Assembly: GCA_051362555.1 (NCBI GenBank)
Contig: CM120642.1
Span: 5,890,001-5,954,000 of the forward strand
DNA from: Lingula anatina
Taxonomy: Eukaryota; Animalia; Brachiopoda
Reading direction: 5' to 3'
DNA: 64,000 nucleotides
Shown here: positions 12,641 to 24,796 of the stretch, in pieces
Layout of the letters: every line of letters begins with the position of its first letter
Numbering within the stretch: position 1 is the stretch's first letter
The notes under the pieces: generated by a model
Told to the model about the DNA's origin: nothing
Seen by the model: the letters and a program-made list of their open reading frames with translations, nothing else
Databases searched by the model: none
Made by a program: the position numbers and the translations under genes

Positions 12641-12874
12641 AACAGTAGATTCAAGCAAATATTGAACGCATAGAGAGCCCTCATACTGCTATATGATGAG
12701 ACACGCCAAACTGGAGTCTGGAGTGAAACAATTGAACCTCGACACAGCGCAATATTGAGCTAGTATGGTAGGTTGTCGTTTAGAAAAAGCGCTACTTTCG
12801 AGTAGGAGGTCTGCTATCAAGAATGTATTACAATTATGGTGATGATTTATGCTGGTACGTGAAGGGGCCGTAGC

Positions 12875-12950
12875 AATAGTCCGAAGGTTCAATAGTCCGA
12901 AGGTTCATTGGTCCGAATATTCACTATAGAACCTTCGGACCAATGAACCC
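12875..12950. repeat. 15-bp tandem repeat with inverted copy (HINE-like fragment)
   Basis: aatagtccgaaggttc x2, then attggtccgaa.. and the inverted gaaccttcggaccaatgaacc. Confidence 0.6.
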
Positions 12951-13513
12951 TTGATTAAAAAATCGATGAAAATTACGTAATTTCCACTCATTGAGCACAG
13001 TTCGTTAAATATAGTCAGATTTTCTGAACAGCAACTCGGACACATACGGCAGGTGTGCCTTTGTACAGCCTGTGCTAGGTATATCAGAAAACTTTTCAAA
13101 CTGATCAGAAATTTATTATACTTATATCTTCTGAAAGGTAATACAAAAAACAGATGAATTCTTTTGGCACTTTTAAAATATTCCTAAAAGCAACAAAGAT
13201 ATTGAAGTTTTTTAACTGCAAAAATTCACCAAAAGTGTCCACACTCTTCAGCTAAAAACCTGTAACTACTGACCAGCGGTGATCACTCAGCTGTAGCTGC
13301 AGCTCAAATTGCTTGTGACCAATTAGGGCTGTATGTTAATCTAATGACCCGGAAACAAACCCAAATTGGCGACCGCACAAGCACATGGCTGGGATGGCTT
13401 CCGTGCAGATCATGTACTATAAATATTGCGCATCAAATAAACTATACTTCGCATGGTTCAATTTTCATGATTTTTCGGCATAATATTTATTGCAAATTTC
13501 ATGAACTTTACAT

Positions 13514-14164
13514 CACGCTTGGCTGTCACCTTGATTGGATAGTAAACGATTGTCGTAAAATCGCTAAATGATATTAAAATCGGGTACATAAACTTAAAAA
13601 CCACCTAGGACAACCTAAGACTGCCACATTAATCCAATACAATGCAAAAATAAACTATAACAAGTGGTTAAAGCCTTCAAAACGAATGTCGTAAAGTCCC
13701 CATATACCTCCATAGAGACAATAAAATAGAAGAAGCTTGTGAAACAAGACTCGGCCAACTTAAACATAATAATCGAAATAAAATACTGCCGGGCATCGGA
13801 GCGGCCTAAAACTTGGCACGCTTACCGCAAATACTGCAGGCTACATCATCCCGTCGCTCGTTTGTAAATTCCCTGCATGGCATACGCACAATCAAACCGT
13901 ATATCCAAATTGCACCTCTGATGTTTGAATTGGTCCTCTCTAACCTACCATTACGAAAAAGAAGCCATGCCATTGGACAATGCGACCTCTGCGGTTACGT
14001 CACTTCCTGATTTGAATAGTGTAGAGGACCAATTCAAACGAGTCTTGTTTCACAAGCTTCTTCTATTTTATTGTCTCTATGGAGGTATATGTACCCGATT
14101 TTAATATCATTTAGCGATTTTACGACAGTCGTTTACTATCCAATCAAGGTGACAGCCGAGCGTG
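13514..14164. mobile_element. Fold-back/MITE-like element with long nested inverted repeats
   Basis: ~13514-13589 pairs with ~14088-14164; ~13702-13753 pairs with ~14039-14090; ~13923-13938 pairs with ~14023-14038. Confidence 0.75.
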
Positions 14165-14880
14165 CTTTACATGGCATAAATTACAAAAACTTCCATGCAC
14201 TACTTATCTGAAATTTTTAACATTTTGTCGAGGCAAAACTTAAAAACGTCCTCAAATCAAAGTTCTCTAAGACTGCAACACGGGAAAATCAAATGGCCAG
14301 AATTTACTCTTTGATTTACAGCTTATCTAGTAAATGGCTTGTATTTGTTTATTTACACGGCGCTAAAAGAGAGATTTAAAAAAGGGGTGCCATAGGCTAG
14401 CTGTCAGCAGGCCGATATCAGTTTTACACTTCACTGCCCCTGGATAGTTACTACTGTAGCGCCCCTAGCGGATTGTGATATACCTACCTGTGCCATTCGT
14501 CCCAAAAACTAACCCTCACCTGTACTAATCACATGGGACCTAGGGCTTCTATTCCCAGGACTACCAGTCCTGCCACACTAGACCCATATACTGGATGTGG
14601 TAGCTCTGTTATTTGCTATATTTGTTTTATATACTTTACTGTATCTGTTGAATTTTTGCCACACATTTCATCTTGCTGCACCTAAGTGTAATGCCTATTT
14701 ATAATGACAAAACCATACATACTTATATAGTCATGGATAATCAATAATTTGGAGTGCTTTAAATTGCCATTATCATATTTGGTACAATGAATTCATGAAG
14801 TCCACATTTTATAAATATTAATCAATATTATTACCTTTTTAGCTTCTATGTAAACATCTCTCTTTTTTCAATAATTTCAG

Positions 14881-14993
14881 TGATATATTGGCTTTAAATG
14901 CTTAGAAAATTAATGGATTCCAGTCAAGCTAACGGTACAGCTGATGCCACCCGCTGGAGTAGAAGAAACTCTGTGTCCATAACACTTAATTAG
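14881..14993 (+). other. Probable 5' exon of the zinc-finger gene (UTR, or short coding MLRKLMDSSQAN via an alternative G|GTACAG donor)
   Basis: tttcAG acceptor at 14880 and AG|GTGAGT donor at 14993. Confidence 0.45.
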
Positions 14994-15689
14994 GTGAGTG
15001 TCACAGAGAAAAATGCAATAAACATACCTCCCCCCCCCCCCCCCCCCCCCCGCCTCTATGGAGAGCATAACTCAGCAATTTAACCAGCAGAGAATTTTAT
15101 ATTTGATCACATGATCTCTGTCCAAATGCCATGCATCACAAGTAGGAAAACATTTTTAATCTCTGTAGAAGCAATTTACTTTTTTATCATCATCATACAA
15201 GCGACAATGTAATACTGATTTTACTGGACTGTATTAGAAGTGTATACAACCCCCCCCCCTCCCCCCTCCACATGCCTTATAATAACCCCCATTGTTCAGT
15301 TGCACACAGGTTTACAGGGTAATTTTACTTCAAATAGGTAGCAACTACAAAATACTCTTCATCTGTTTTAACAGTTTAGGCTAATAACAACATATTAAAT
15401 TAACTTTTGGGAAACTATATGGTGGCAGATTTTATGTTGCAGATGTTAAAGTGTATTAATCAGTATAGTGAAATTTTAATTTATCTGCATAAGGTTCAGT
15501 ACAGAGTAGAGTTGGAGGTCTTCCAGTTTTATCTGGATATTTAGGTGTAGTATTTACTATTTATTACCAGTATGTGCTTCAGACCTCCCGCCCAATACAT
15601 TTTGTGGGTATTTTTGTCAGGTGTACTTTCACATCTGAGAAATTGCATTTCAATCATGACTTAAAACATGTGTGTAATATCTATTTCAG

Positions 15690-16304
15690 TTGCTGAGAAA
15701 GGGAGCAAGATTGTTAATATCACAATGGAAAGCACGGAGCCCCAAGATACCCCCAAGTTCATCTCAGTCGAGAACATGAATGCTGACATTAACACCATGG
15801 GCCAGCAATTGCTGACCAGCCATTCAGACCCTACAGGTGGTCATGATGGCTCAGAAACATCGAGCTTTACTTCAGAGGTCAACCGTTTGCTGGAGTCGGA
15901 GCCATTTCTTCCAGATGCTGAGACAGGGCAGACATTTGTTGAAAGAGCTATGGAGCCCCAGGACTTTCCAATGTCCATATCAATGTCTGAGAATGTGGCC
16001 AGTGGCCTGCCACAGCTGACCAGCCATTTAAACCCCCCAGATGACCTCGATAGGTCAGAAACATTAAGCACATATTCGGAAGTCAACCGCGTGATGGAAT
16101 TAGAGACCAACCTCTTAGGAAACGATTCCGAAAATCATGCCAGTAATGCTAACATTGTGCCTATGTACATGACTGTGGCAGGAAACTACTGTGGCGAGAC
16201 AGAGCAGGTGGAGGCTGTATCTGTTGACTTGATTAAAAGGGAGCCTGCTTTGCTTTCCTGTGAGGATGACCCCTTCATGGGAGCCACCGTAACCAATGTT
16301 ACAG
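15690..16304 (+). CDS. Large C2H2/C4 zinc-finger protein, acidic N-terminal exon
   Basis: atttcAG acceptor, open frame, ACA G|GTAC donor in phase 1 matching the next exon; start codon uncertain. Confidence 0.75.
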
Positions 16305-16689
16305 GTACTAGTAATAAGTTGATAAAATCTGTGAATTGAATGGGAAAATTATTCACAGAACCTTCTTAAAGTTAGAACAGTGCTAAATGCAGAAATAAAA
16401 ATCATTTATATTATTTTTTACTACTTTTAAGATTAATGATTGCCAATATTGAACACTTTAAAAATTCTGGAGAAAAAACTCTTCTTTCAAGCATAAAAAA
16501 GCACAGAATTGTGTTACAATCTTCTTGTCTTATATCGCTGTTACCTTATGGAGAAGTTGAGTTTTGCGCTTGTTTTTACCAGCAGTTTTACTACTTTTGT
16601 ACTACTTTTTATGTACAGACACAGATGTGTCTGTACATATAGCCATCATCTGCGTCTGTCGTCGGTGCCGTCGTCGCCGTCGTGCACTT

Positions 16690-17160
16690 TTACCGATAAC
16701 ACGATAAGTGGAAAACTGTTTTTCCTTTTGGCTTGAAACTTTCAGAACTGATGAATATTCATAATACGCAGGTCAAGTTCGAAAATCAGCATGATCGGGC
16801 CATTTTTAGGGAAGTTATACTGTTTTTTCACTTTTTTCAGCATATATGCAGCACCGATAACACGATAAGTGGAAAACCATTTTACTTTTTTGATTGAAAC
16901 TTACAAAACTGATGAATATTCATAATACGCAGGTCAAGTTCGAAAATCAGCATGATCGGGTCATTTTTAGGGAAGTTACGCTGTTTTTTCACTTTTTTCA
17001 ACATATATGCAACACTGATAACACAATATAAGAAAAACAGATAGGCCAATTGTCATTAAACTCACAGGAGTGGTCAATCCTGCTAAAACGCAGGTTGAGT
17101 TAAAAAAATCAGCATAATTGGGCCATTATTTTAGAAGTTATGTTGTTTTTTCACATTTCC
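16690..17160. repeat. ~160-bp tandem repeat, about 3 copies (intronic)
   Basis: accgataacacgataagtggaaaa..acgcaggtcaagttcgaaaatcagcatgatcggg..ggaagtta repeated, third copy diverged. Confidence 0.85.
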
Positions 17161-17554
17161 TCAGATTCAATTCTTAGGCATGTTAACAGTTTCATTATTT
17201 AATTAATAAGATATTAAAAGTGTTTGTTTGACATTTCCTGCATCTTTACAACATTGTTAGTTGATTTTGTAAAAATGATGGTTATTTTGTTATCATGTAT
17301 TGTGTAATAACGTTTCAAAAATGGAAATAAACTCATATCATTGCAGTTTGTCAGATTCAATCATTCACTATGTTCAGAATCTCAGAATGGAGGAAATTGG
17401 ACATTTAACACTGTTCTATTGATATTTTTCCCATCTCATCAATTTTCTTAGTTGGTCATATAAAAATGGCAGTAAAATATTTATTTTGTTTTATGTTTAA
17501 AAAGTGTTAAAAATGGAAATAAACCCATTTCAGAACAGTGCTGTCTTGTTTACA

Positions 17555-18480
17555 TTTTGGCATTTTTAAGACATGACTTTGAAGTCCCATGAGCCTGCAG
17601 ACCTTTGCTAGTCACATTTTCCGAATGTTCATGTTACTAATATTCTATTATGAAAACATTGATGGTCATTATGCTGTTAAACATTATGTAATATTGCATC
17701 AAAATTTGAAGAAACCCCTATTTTGGGCACTGCTCCCATGATGACCATTTAAGAAAAACCATGTCACTTACTGTTTTCAAACTTACAGGAAAGAAACATG
17801 GGTCTAAAATACAGCTTCAGTAGGCAATGCAGTCTGTTTGGTAATTTTTTTCTGGCAGTTAAACAGTTTTTTGTGAAAATTTAATTTTTCACATATTGGC
17901 ATTTTCAAGGTGTGACTTTGAAGTTCCATGAGCCTGCAGACCTTTGCTAGTCACATTTTCTGAATGTTCATGTTACTTATATTCTATTATTAAAAATTGA
18001 TGGTCATTATGCTGTTAAACAGTACGTAATATTGCATCAAAATTTGAAGAAACCCCTATATTGGGCACTGCTCCCATGATGACCATTTAAGAAAAACCAT
18101 GTCACTTACTGTTTTCAAACTTACAGGAAAGAAACATGGGTGTAAAATACAGCTTCAGTAGGCAATGCAGTCTGTTTGGTAATTTTTTCTGGCAGTTAAA
18201 CAGTTTTTTGTGAAAATTTAATTTTTCACATATTGGCATTTTCAAGGTGTGACTTTGTAGTTCCATGAGCCTGCAGACCTTTGCTTGTCACATTTTCTGA
18301 ATGTCCGTGTTACTAATATTCTATTATTAAAAATTGATGGTCATTATGCTGTTAAGCATTATGTAATGTTGAATCAAAATAGAAGAAAACACAATTTTTG
18401 GTGCTGCTGCCATGATGACCATTATGGGAAAACTGTGTCACTTAAGCAATTGTATTGTTTTTTATGTCTTTAAACATTAT
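17555..18480. repeat. ~337-bp tandem repeat, about 2.7 copies (intronic)
   Basis: ccatgagcctgcagacctttgct at ~17587, ~17926 and ~18263 with colinear downstream sequence. Confidence 0.9.
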
Positions 18481-18990
18481 GTAATATTATTTTATGCACT
18501 GTCATCATTTTTAAATATTGAAACTTTCATCATGTGACTTTGGTCTCTCATTGTCCTGAAACTGTAATCTTATTGAAGGGGTGGATTGAGACCATCTTCT
18601 GGGTCTTCCGGAAGACAGTCAGGTTATTAAGTTTATATTGACTGGTATCTATTTTTTTCTGTTGGAAGACCATCAAAATGGAGGATGGATCAACATAGAT
18701 ACTTTGGAATACTGTCAGTAAAATATCTCAGGTTCTGCCCGTCTTATCGACCATGTTACCTGTTGTGCATGATTAAAATTCAGTGTAGACTGACAGTACT
18801 ATTATATATATATAACCATTATTTATTATTGCATCAAAATTGACAAAATGACCTTTTTTGCATCTTTATTTTCTGTTTTTTGTCTGTACATTTGACAGCT
18901 TTGCTGCCTTGTTGTATAATGCCTACATATTTAAGAGTTCCTGGTCAGGTTTATTCATTGGTGCAACTGTGTTTTTATTTATTTAAATAG

Positions 18991-21900
18991 GTAACACCTC
19001 ACAGATGCAGTCTTTACAAGATTCCTCATTGGATCAAACCTCAATATCTGACTCTCTGCCTTGCATTCCGTCACTGAAGGAAGGACAGACCTGTGAAAGT
19101 CCCCTAACAGTTCAGGTGAAAAAGGAAATGGACAGCAGTTTGACAGAAGCCTTAGACCTGATACCTGAAATCACCATTAAAAGGGAAGCCAGGGACATGA
19201 AGACAGAAGTCTTAAAATTTCTAAAAGATCCCCAGAAAACTGAGACAGAAGATGGAAATTACTCCACCATTTTATCTGTCAAGAATATTTACGAGGACCA
19301 GCAAGGCAATGTTTGTGTTGTGGGTCTCCCTCTTGGGGCAGGACATATGGAAACCCCCGCTGACAGAATGGAGAGGTTAAAAAAATTGTGTAAACCCTGC
19401 AGTGTGATGCTGACAGACTTTGCTAACACATGGAAGGAGATGGATATCTACTCACGGTCATTTCACCAAAGAAAGTGTAGAAAGATTCAACCAGTGTACA
19501 ACATTGATTTGATGACCTCTGTCAGAGGCCAGGCTCAGGCTGCTGTCAAATCCACAGAAGTCAAGAAACTGGGAGGGAAAAGAAAGCAGTTGAGCATACA
19601 CGAGAAAATACAACAGAGGCTGAAAGCCTTGAAGAAGAGAGCCATGTTCTTTAAACGGCCACAACCTACTTCACAGGCATTGAAAAATAGAAAGTCACCC
19701 ATCAAAAGAGCAAATCTAAAGAGAAAAGAAGAGAAAGAGAAAAAGGCTAAGAAAAAACCAGCAGCCACTCTGAAAAAGACTGTGAAGAAAACCTCCCATT
19801 CTGCTAAAATCAATAACTCTCGTAAAACTGCAAACAAGGCAAATTCTAAAAAAGGTAGTTCATTGAAAGTTAAACCAGGGATCAAATTGCCTCTATCTAA
19901 ACAAGCAGTTAAGACAAAACCAAAGGTAGTAGCAAAGAGGACAGCTACAAAACCAGTGAGAGTCTCAAAAGAGAAAAAGAAAAGGAACCAACAAAAGAGA
20001 GTAGCTAATTCAGCAAGCAAACCTGCAGCAAGGCTTCCCTCTCAATCCCCCACCAGAGACACAGCTGTAAAAGCCCCTCTGAGGAGAATTCTGCCTGATG
20101 TAGTGCCAAAACAAACTGCCCTCAAGAGAAAACTTTCCCCCTCTCCTAAATCTGCCAGCCAAGGTGACAGAGCACATAGGGTGTATCAGTACAAATGCCT
20201 GCACTGTCCTTATAAAACTGGTGGCCATGCAAGGATAGTTGCCCACATCTACCAGCACTCTGATGTGGCTCCTTACTCCTGCGGGTCATGCAAAGAAATG
20301 ATCTACTCTAGGGAGGACTGTCTTCAGCACAGCCGCGTAGTCCACCCTCGTCAAAAGGTCTCCTACAAGAAAAATATGATCAATGAATCCAAGTACTTCA
20401 CTGTGGTTGATTTAAGTAGTGGGAAGGATGCCGAGGATAGTTTACCTGTGAAAAGATTGCTGACAGCCAGTGGGACACTGAAGAAAGCCAGTAAACAAGC
20501 CATGCCAAGGAGGGTCACTAGAAGCACAGCTCAGAATGTCCCCTCCATCTCAAGCAGTGTCTCTGATGAGAACAGTAGTTCTTCTAGCAACCAACATGTC
20601 AGCAGTGCCTTTGAGACTGGCCAGTCTGGTAATACAACAGGGAATGTGGCTTCCACTCTACTGTCCATAGTAGATCTGTTGACATCAGATCAGAATCAAA
20701 GGGAAAGAGTGTCGGAGAAAATAGAACAGCTGAAAAATTTAATCCAGTCTTCCCAGAATTCTCATCCTTCAGCTTCTAGTTACACACCGTCAGGTGGTGT
20801 ATCAGGCAACTCAGCCAAGAAGACTAATCAAAGACAGACAAGGAGACAAGGTCGAGCATCAGTTTCTAATAAGTCTCAGAGATTGCCTGCCCCTGTTACA
20901 TCCAGGGCCTCTCCCTGTACTATGCCAGTACAAACTAACAATGCAGCCGAAAAGGAAAGTGAAAATCAGCCCATGATGGACATTGGTCAAGCTCGTCCTC
21001 CAGAACACAGAGGTATCGACCAGTTCAACCTTACTCCTCCACCTTATAATACGGCCGTCCCGCAAGGTCCAGTCGGTTCAACCTGTGATGCTGCCAGTCA
21101 AGCAGGTGTGAACACAAGCCGAGAGGAGAGACAAGACCTCAACAATCAGATTTCTCAGTTTAACATTATAGCACCAAGTAACCAATTTTCCAGTCAGGGA
21201 CAGCATGTACAAAACATGAACCAGTTTAACCTGCAGCCTTCTGCAACAACATCAGCCATAAGCTCTGCACAGTATGACGCTCAACATTTGGCCCCTCCCA
21301 GCCAGCAAATGGCCCCTTTCATCCAACATTTTGTCCCATCCAGTCGGCAAATGGCCCCTTCCAATCAGCAGGTGGCCCCATCTAGTCAGCAAATGGCCTC
21401 ATCCAGGCAGCAAGTGGCCCCACCCAGTCAGAAAGGGGCCCTATCCAGTCAGCAAATGGCCCCTTTCGCTCAACATTTGGTCCCTTCCAATCAGCAAGTG
21501 ACCCCATCCAGTCTGCAAGTGGCCCCACCCAGGCACCAAGTGGCCCCATCCAGTCAGCAAATGGCCCCATCCAGTCAGCAGGTGGCCCCATCCAGTCAGC
21601 AAATGGCCTCATCCAGTCAACAAGTGGCCCCAGCCGGTCAACCTTACCCAGTAATGATTAACCCAGTGCCTCAAGCCATGGGGAGACCTTTGTATCCATA
21701 TGTCCACCAGCAACCTGGTTCTGTTCATGGAAATTCCCTTGTCAGACTACCAGAACGTGGGGCTTCATATCTAGATAGTGCTAGGCCTGTGCATGCTTAT
21801 CCTCAAATGGTCACTCAACAGGCGAGTCTCACAGCTGGTCAAAATAAGCCTGTAGCTAGCTCCTCATTGTCACAAGTGCAGGATGGACAGGGTGAAGTGC

Positions 21901-23261
21901 TTCATCCACTGCTACCTCCACAAACGGTAGCAAATCAGACAATACCCTGCAACAGTTCTATACCGCGGATGGATGTTGTGAACAGGAGTACCAGTGTATC
22001 TCAAAATGAGGCGCAAGGGTGGAAAGAGAGCAGAGGCGAGACAGAAGTGGTATCTGAACAGGTTTTACTAGATAGGAATACACCTCAAACCCTTAGCAAC
22101 TTGAAAGACTCCCTGTTGCGAGAACTTGTAAAGTTAAGGCAATCTGGAAAAATGCTATCTGATCAGCAGTACATGAATTTAGCAAAATCCCTAGTGAATT
22201 CAAGTCTGGAGAAGAATGAAGATACCAGAAAAGACCAGTGTTCTTCTCCACAATCCAGAATGCCCATAGGGCATCCAGAATTAAATCCAGTAGACAGAGA
22301 TTCAGATGAGAATGTTGATCCAATCGGTGATTCAGAAGAAGAAGACATTTCTTTTATTTCAGAAACATTCAGATCTAATCTTGGTTCAGCTAGAGAAAAA
22401 CTTTCTTCAGCGCTGGCTGCACAGACAGATCAGATAAAAGCTGACCAGAAGGCAGCAAAGAAAAAGGCAAAACAAGTTGACAAGGCACCTAAAAGTGAAG
22501 TGAGCGCAGATAAAGAGGGAAGGAGTCAGTTGAGTAAAGGAACTGCCTCAGAAAAGAAACACCCATTGCTGTTTAAATGTAGCCTATGTGGGTTTGAGGC
22601 TAATTTGGCTACAGAGGCCCAGGACCATGTGTATGAACAGCACATGAGTGTCAAAGTTTACAGATGTATCCATCCTGATTGTGGACTGAAGCTATCTACT
22701 CTCAGCTCCCTCAAGAGGCATTTTGAAAAGAGCCACAAGAACGTTCCATTTCAGTATTTGAAGGAAAATGCACCCAGTGTCATGAAGTTTATTAAAGTCA
22801 TAACATTTGATAAGAAAGTAAATAAGAAATTGTCCACCAGAGATCATGTTAAGAGGCCACGCACAAGTAAAACCACAGCAAGAAAGTCCACGGGTAATCA
22901 GTCTTCAAGAAACAGTTCCCAAGGAGAAACTATATCATCTATTACAACAAGACAAGCCAGTCATCCTGTAGTAAACAGCCACAGAGCTTCCTCAAATACT
23001 GCCAACATAACATCAGTGTCCTCAGCTGTTCCTGGATGTGTTTCTCAGAATATTGTGGAACATTTCAAGTGTTCTTTTTGTGAGTTTCAGTGTCCAGACC
23101 AACACGGAATACTCGAACACTTAAGAGGGGCACATTTACAGAAAGCACAGTCAGTAGGATCAGGAAATACAAAAACACAGAAAAGTAGAGGAGAGGAGAT
23201 GTGTAGAGTGTGTGGAGATTATGCTCTTACTTTTGGAAGCAAGATTTGTAATAGCTGCAAG
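18991..23261 (+). CDS. Large zinc-finger protein, 4.27-kb exon (five C2H2 fingers, Lys-rich region, SSQQMAP repeats, first half of C4 finger domain)
   Basis: aaatAG acceptor; fingers YKCLHC..H..H, YSCGSC, FKCSLC, YRCIHPDC, FKCSFC; ends CRVCGD..CNSCK|GTGAG. Confidence 0.92.
21283..21632 (+). repeat. Coding 21-bp minisatellite encoding a 7-aa S-S-Q-Q-(M/V)-A-P repeat
   Basis: ccatccagtcagca(a/g)(a/g)tggcc units, roughly 16 copies. Confidence 0.9.
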
Positions 23262-23584
23262 GTGAGAGAACTGAACAGATTTTTTTTTCTTTATGCATGC
23301 TTTGTTTATGTAATGGGGAGGTGTAGATTATTTTTTTTTTTTTTAATTTGGTTTTGGTTTAAATACTTGTAGAATATTTAAAAAAGATGAATAGAATGTT
23401 AAATGAATTTGCCATAAAATATTGATGTGAAATAAGTTGTCTTTTTAATCTGACATTATAAAAAGATAATTATTACAGTAGAATGCATTTTTCTTGGCAA
23501 AAGCATACCAAAACAAAGAAACTTTTGTCATATTGGGAACAGTAGGCATGCAGTATCATAATTGATGATATTGGTTTATTTCAG

Positions 23585-23723
23585 ATATTTTACTTAAAAG
23601 CTATTGACAGCAAGAAGCAGTTTAAGCACTGTACCCCAACATGTATAATCACTCTTGAGACAAGGGATATGTGCCCAGGATGCCGCTTTTTGAAATGTGT
23701 GACTTATGGAGTGGGCATAGAAG
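23585..23723 (+). CDS. Zinc-finger protein exon completing the nuclear-receptor-type C4 domain
   Basis: Not in ORF track; tttcAG|IFYLKAIDSKKQFKHCTPTCIITLETRDMCPGCRFLKCVTYGVGIE G|GTAT; phase 0 in, phase 1 out. Confidence 0.88.
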
Positions 23724-24234
23724 GTATATTAATTTGGAGTCATTTTTTCCATTTCTTTACTCTTACCAAAGAATTGTCGGTTTTATCTGTGTACATATGT
23801 GAATATAAGTAGATGAAAAGTATGTGTTCTAAATGTTCTGATTTCTTGCAAATAATGTAAATTTTAGAGCAATACTGTTTTTATTTTATGCTTACATTTT
23901 ATACTTTAAGCCTTTTTGTTTAGAGTTTGATGGAAGTTTGTTAATAAATGAAATTTAGAAACCTCATGGAAAAATCACATTTTGATTATAAAATTTAATT
24001 GCTATAACAATTTAGAGATTTGATGGTGATTTAAAATTTAATGCTTTTTGTCATGAAGAAACATACAGATACATTTCTATATGGAGAATGATTTTTTTTT
24101 TAATTGAAAAAAGGTAGGCAAAGGAAAATGGATCCTTTTCATTGTGAAAACATGAAAAGGTACTTTTAAACTGATTTTGTACTTTTCTTTGTAAAATTTA
24201 TGGTGGAATATAGATGTTGTAAAAATAATTTTAG

Positions 24235-24354
24235 TGGAACATGATAGAAGACTTGCAGAGATGAGGAAACCAGAGAATGTATGGGCAAATATGGCCAAGA
24301 CTTCATCTGCCCAGCAAAGAAAAGACCAGTCTGCTCCTGTTAGGACTGCCTTAG
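24235..24354 (+). CDS. Probable 120-nt symmetric (phase 1-1) exon of the zinc-finger gene
   Basis: ttttAG..(V)EHDRRLAEMRKPENVWANMAKTSSAQQRKDQSAPVRTAL G|GTAT; open frame, higher GC than flanking intron. Confidence 0.65.
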
Positions 24355-24796
24355 GTATAAATAACATTTTATTCAAAAAAATCTTTAGGTAATATTATTA
24401 AGTCTTATTTTCTATCCTGGTATACTTTGCAATTCAGTTTTGAGTTTCTGCTTTTGATATCTTATTTTAACGTGGTTAGCTGGAATGTGGTAAAGATTTT
24501 GATTTGAATCAAGTCAGATTTTCATTTCTATTTTCAAAAATTATTCTGTATCCAGAGTCATGAATTTTTATCATTTGCATAATTTTAAAGAATTTTAATT
24601 TATTCAACTGTTTGTGTTTTGCACAAGAATTTAACATTTTTCCATTGTGATGTATTATTTCCATGTCAAAAATTGCATTTATTGAGAATTCCAGTAGCAT
24701 TTTGTATTATTATTATTTTTTTTTTCATGTGTTAAAATACAAGACTGGGTTCTTCACCTTCAGTATTGTGCATTTTTTTTACATTTAATTCTATAG

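Noticed and set aside
16690-18480. Regular repeats as a possible CRISPR array
   Set aside because: Long tandem units (160 and 337 bp) without unique spacers, inside a eukaryotic intron, with no cas genes
23262-23372. Hydrophobic Phe-rich tail of the 1455-aa ORF resembling a TM segment
   Set aside because: Intron read-through of poly-T sequence after the AAG|GTGAG donor
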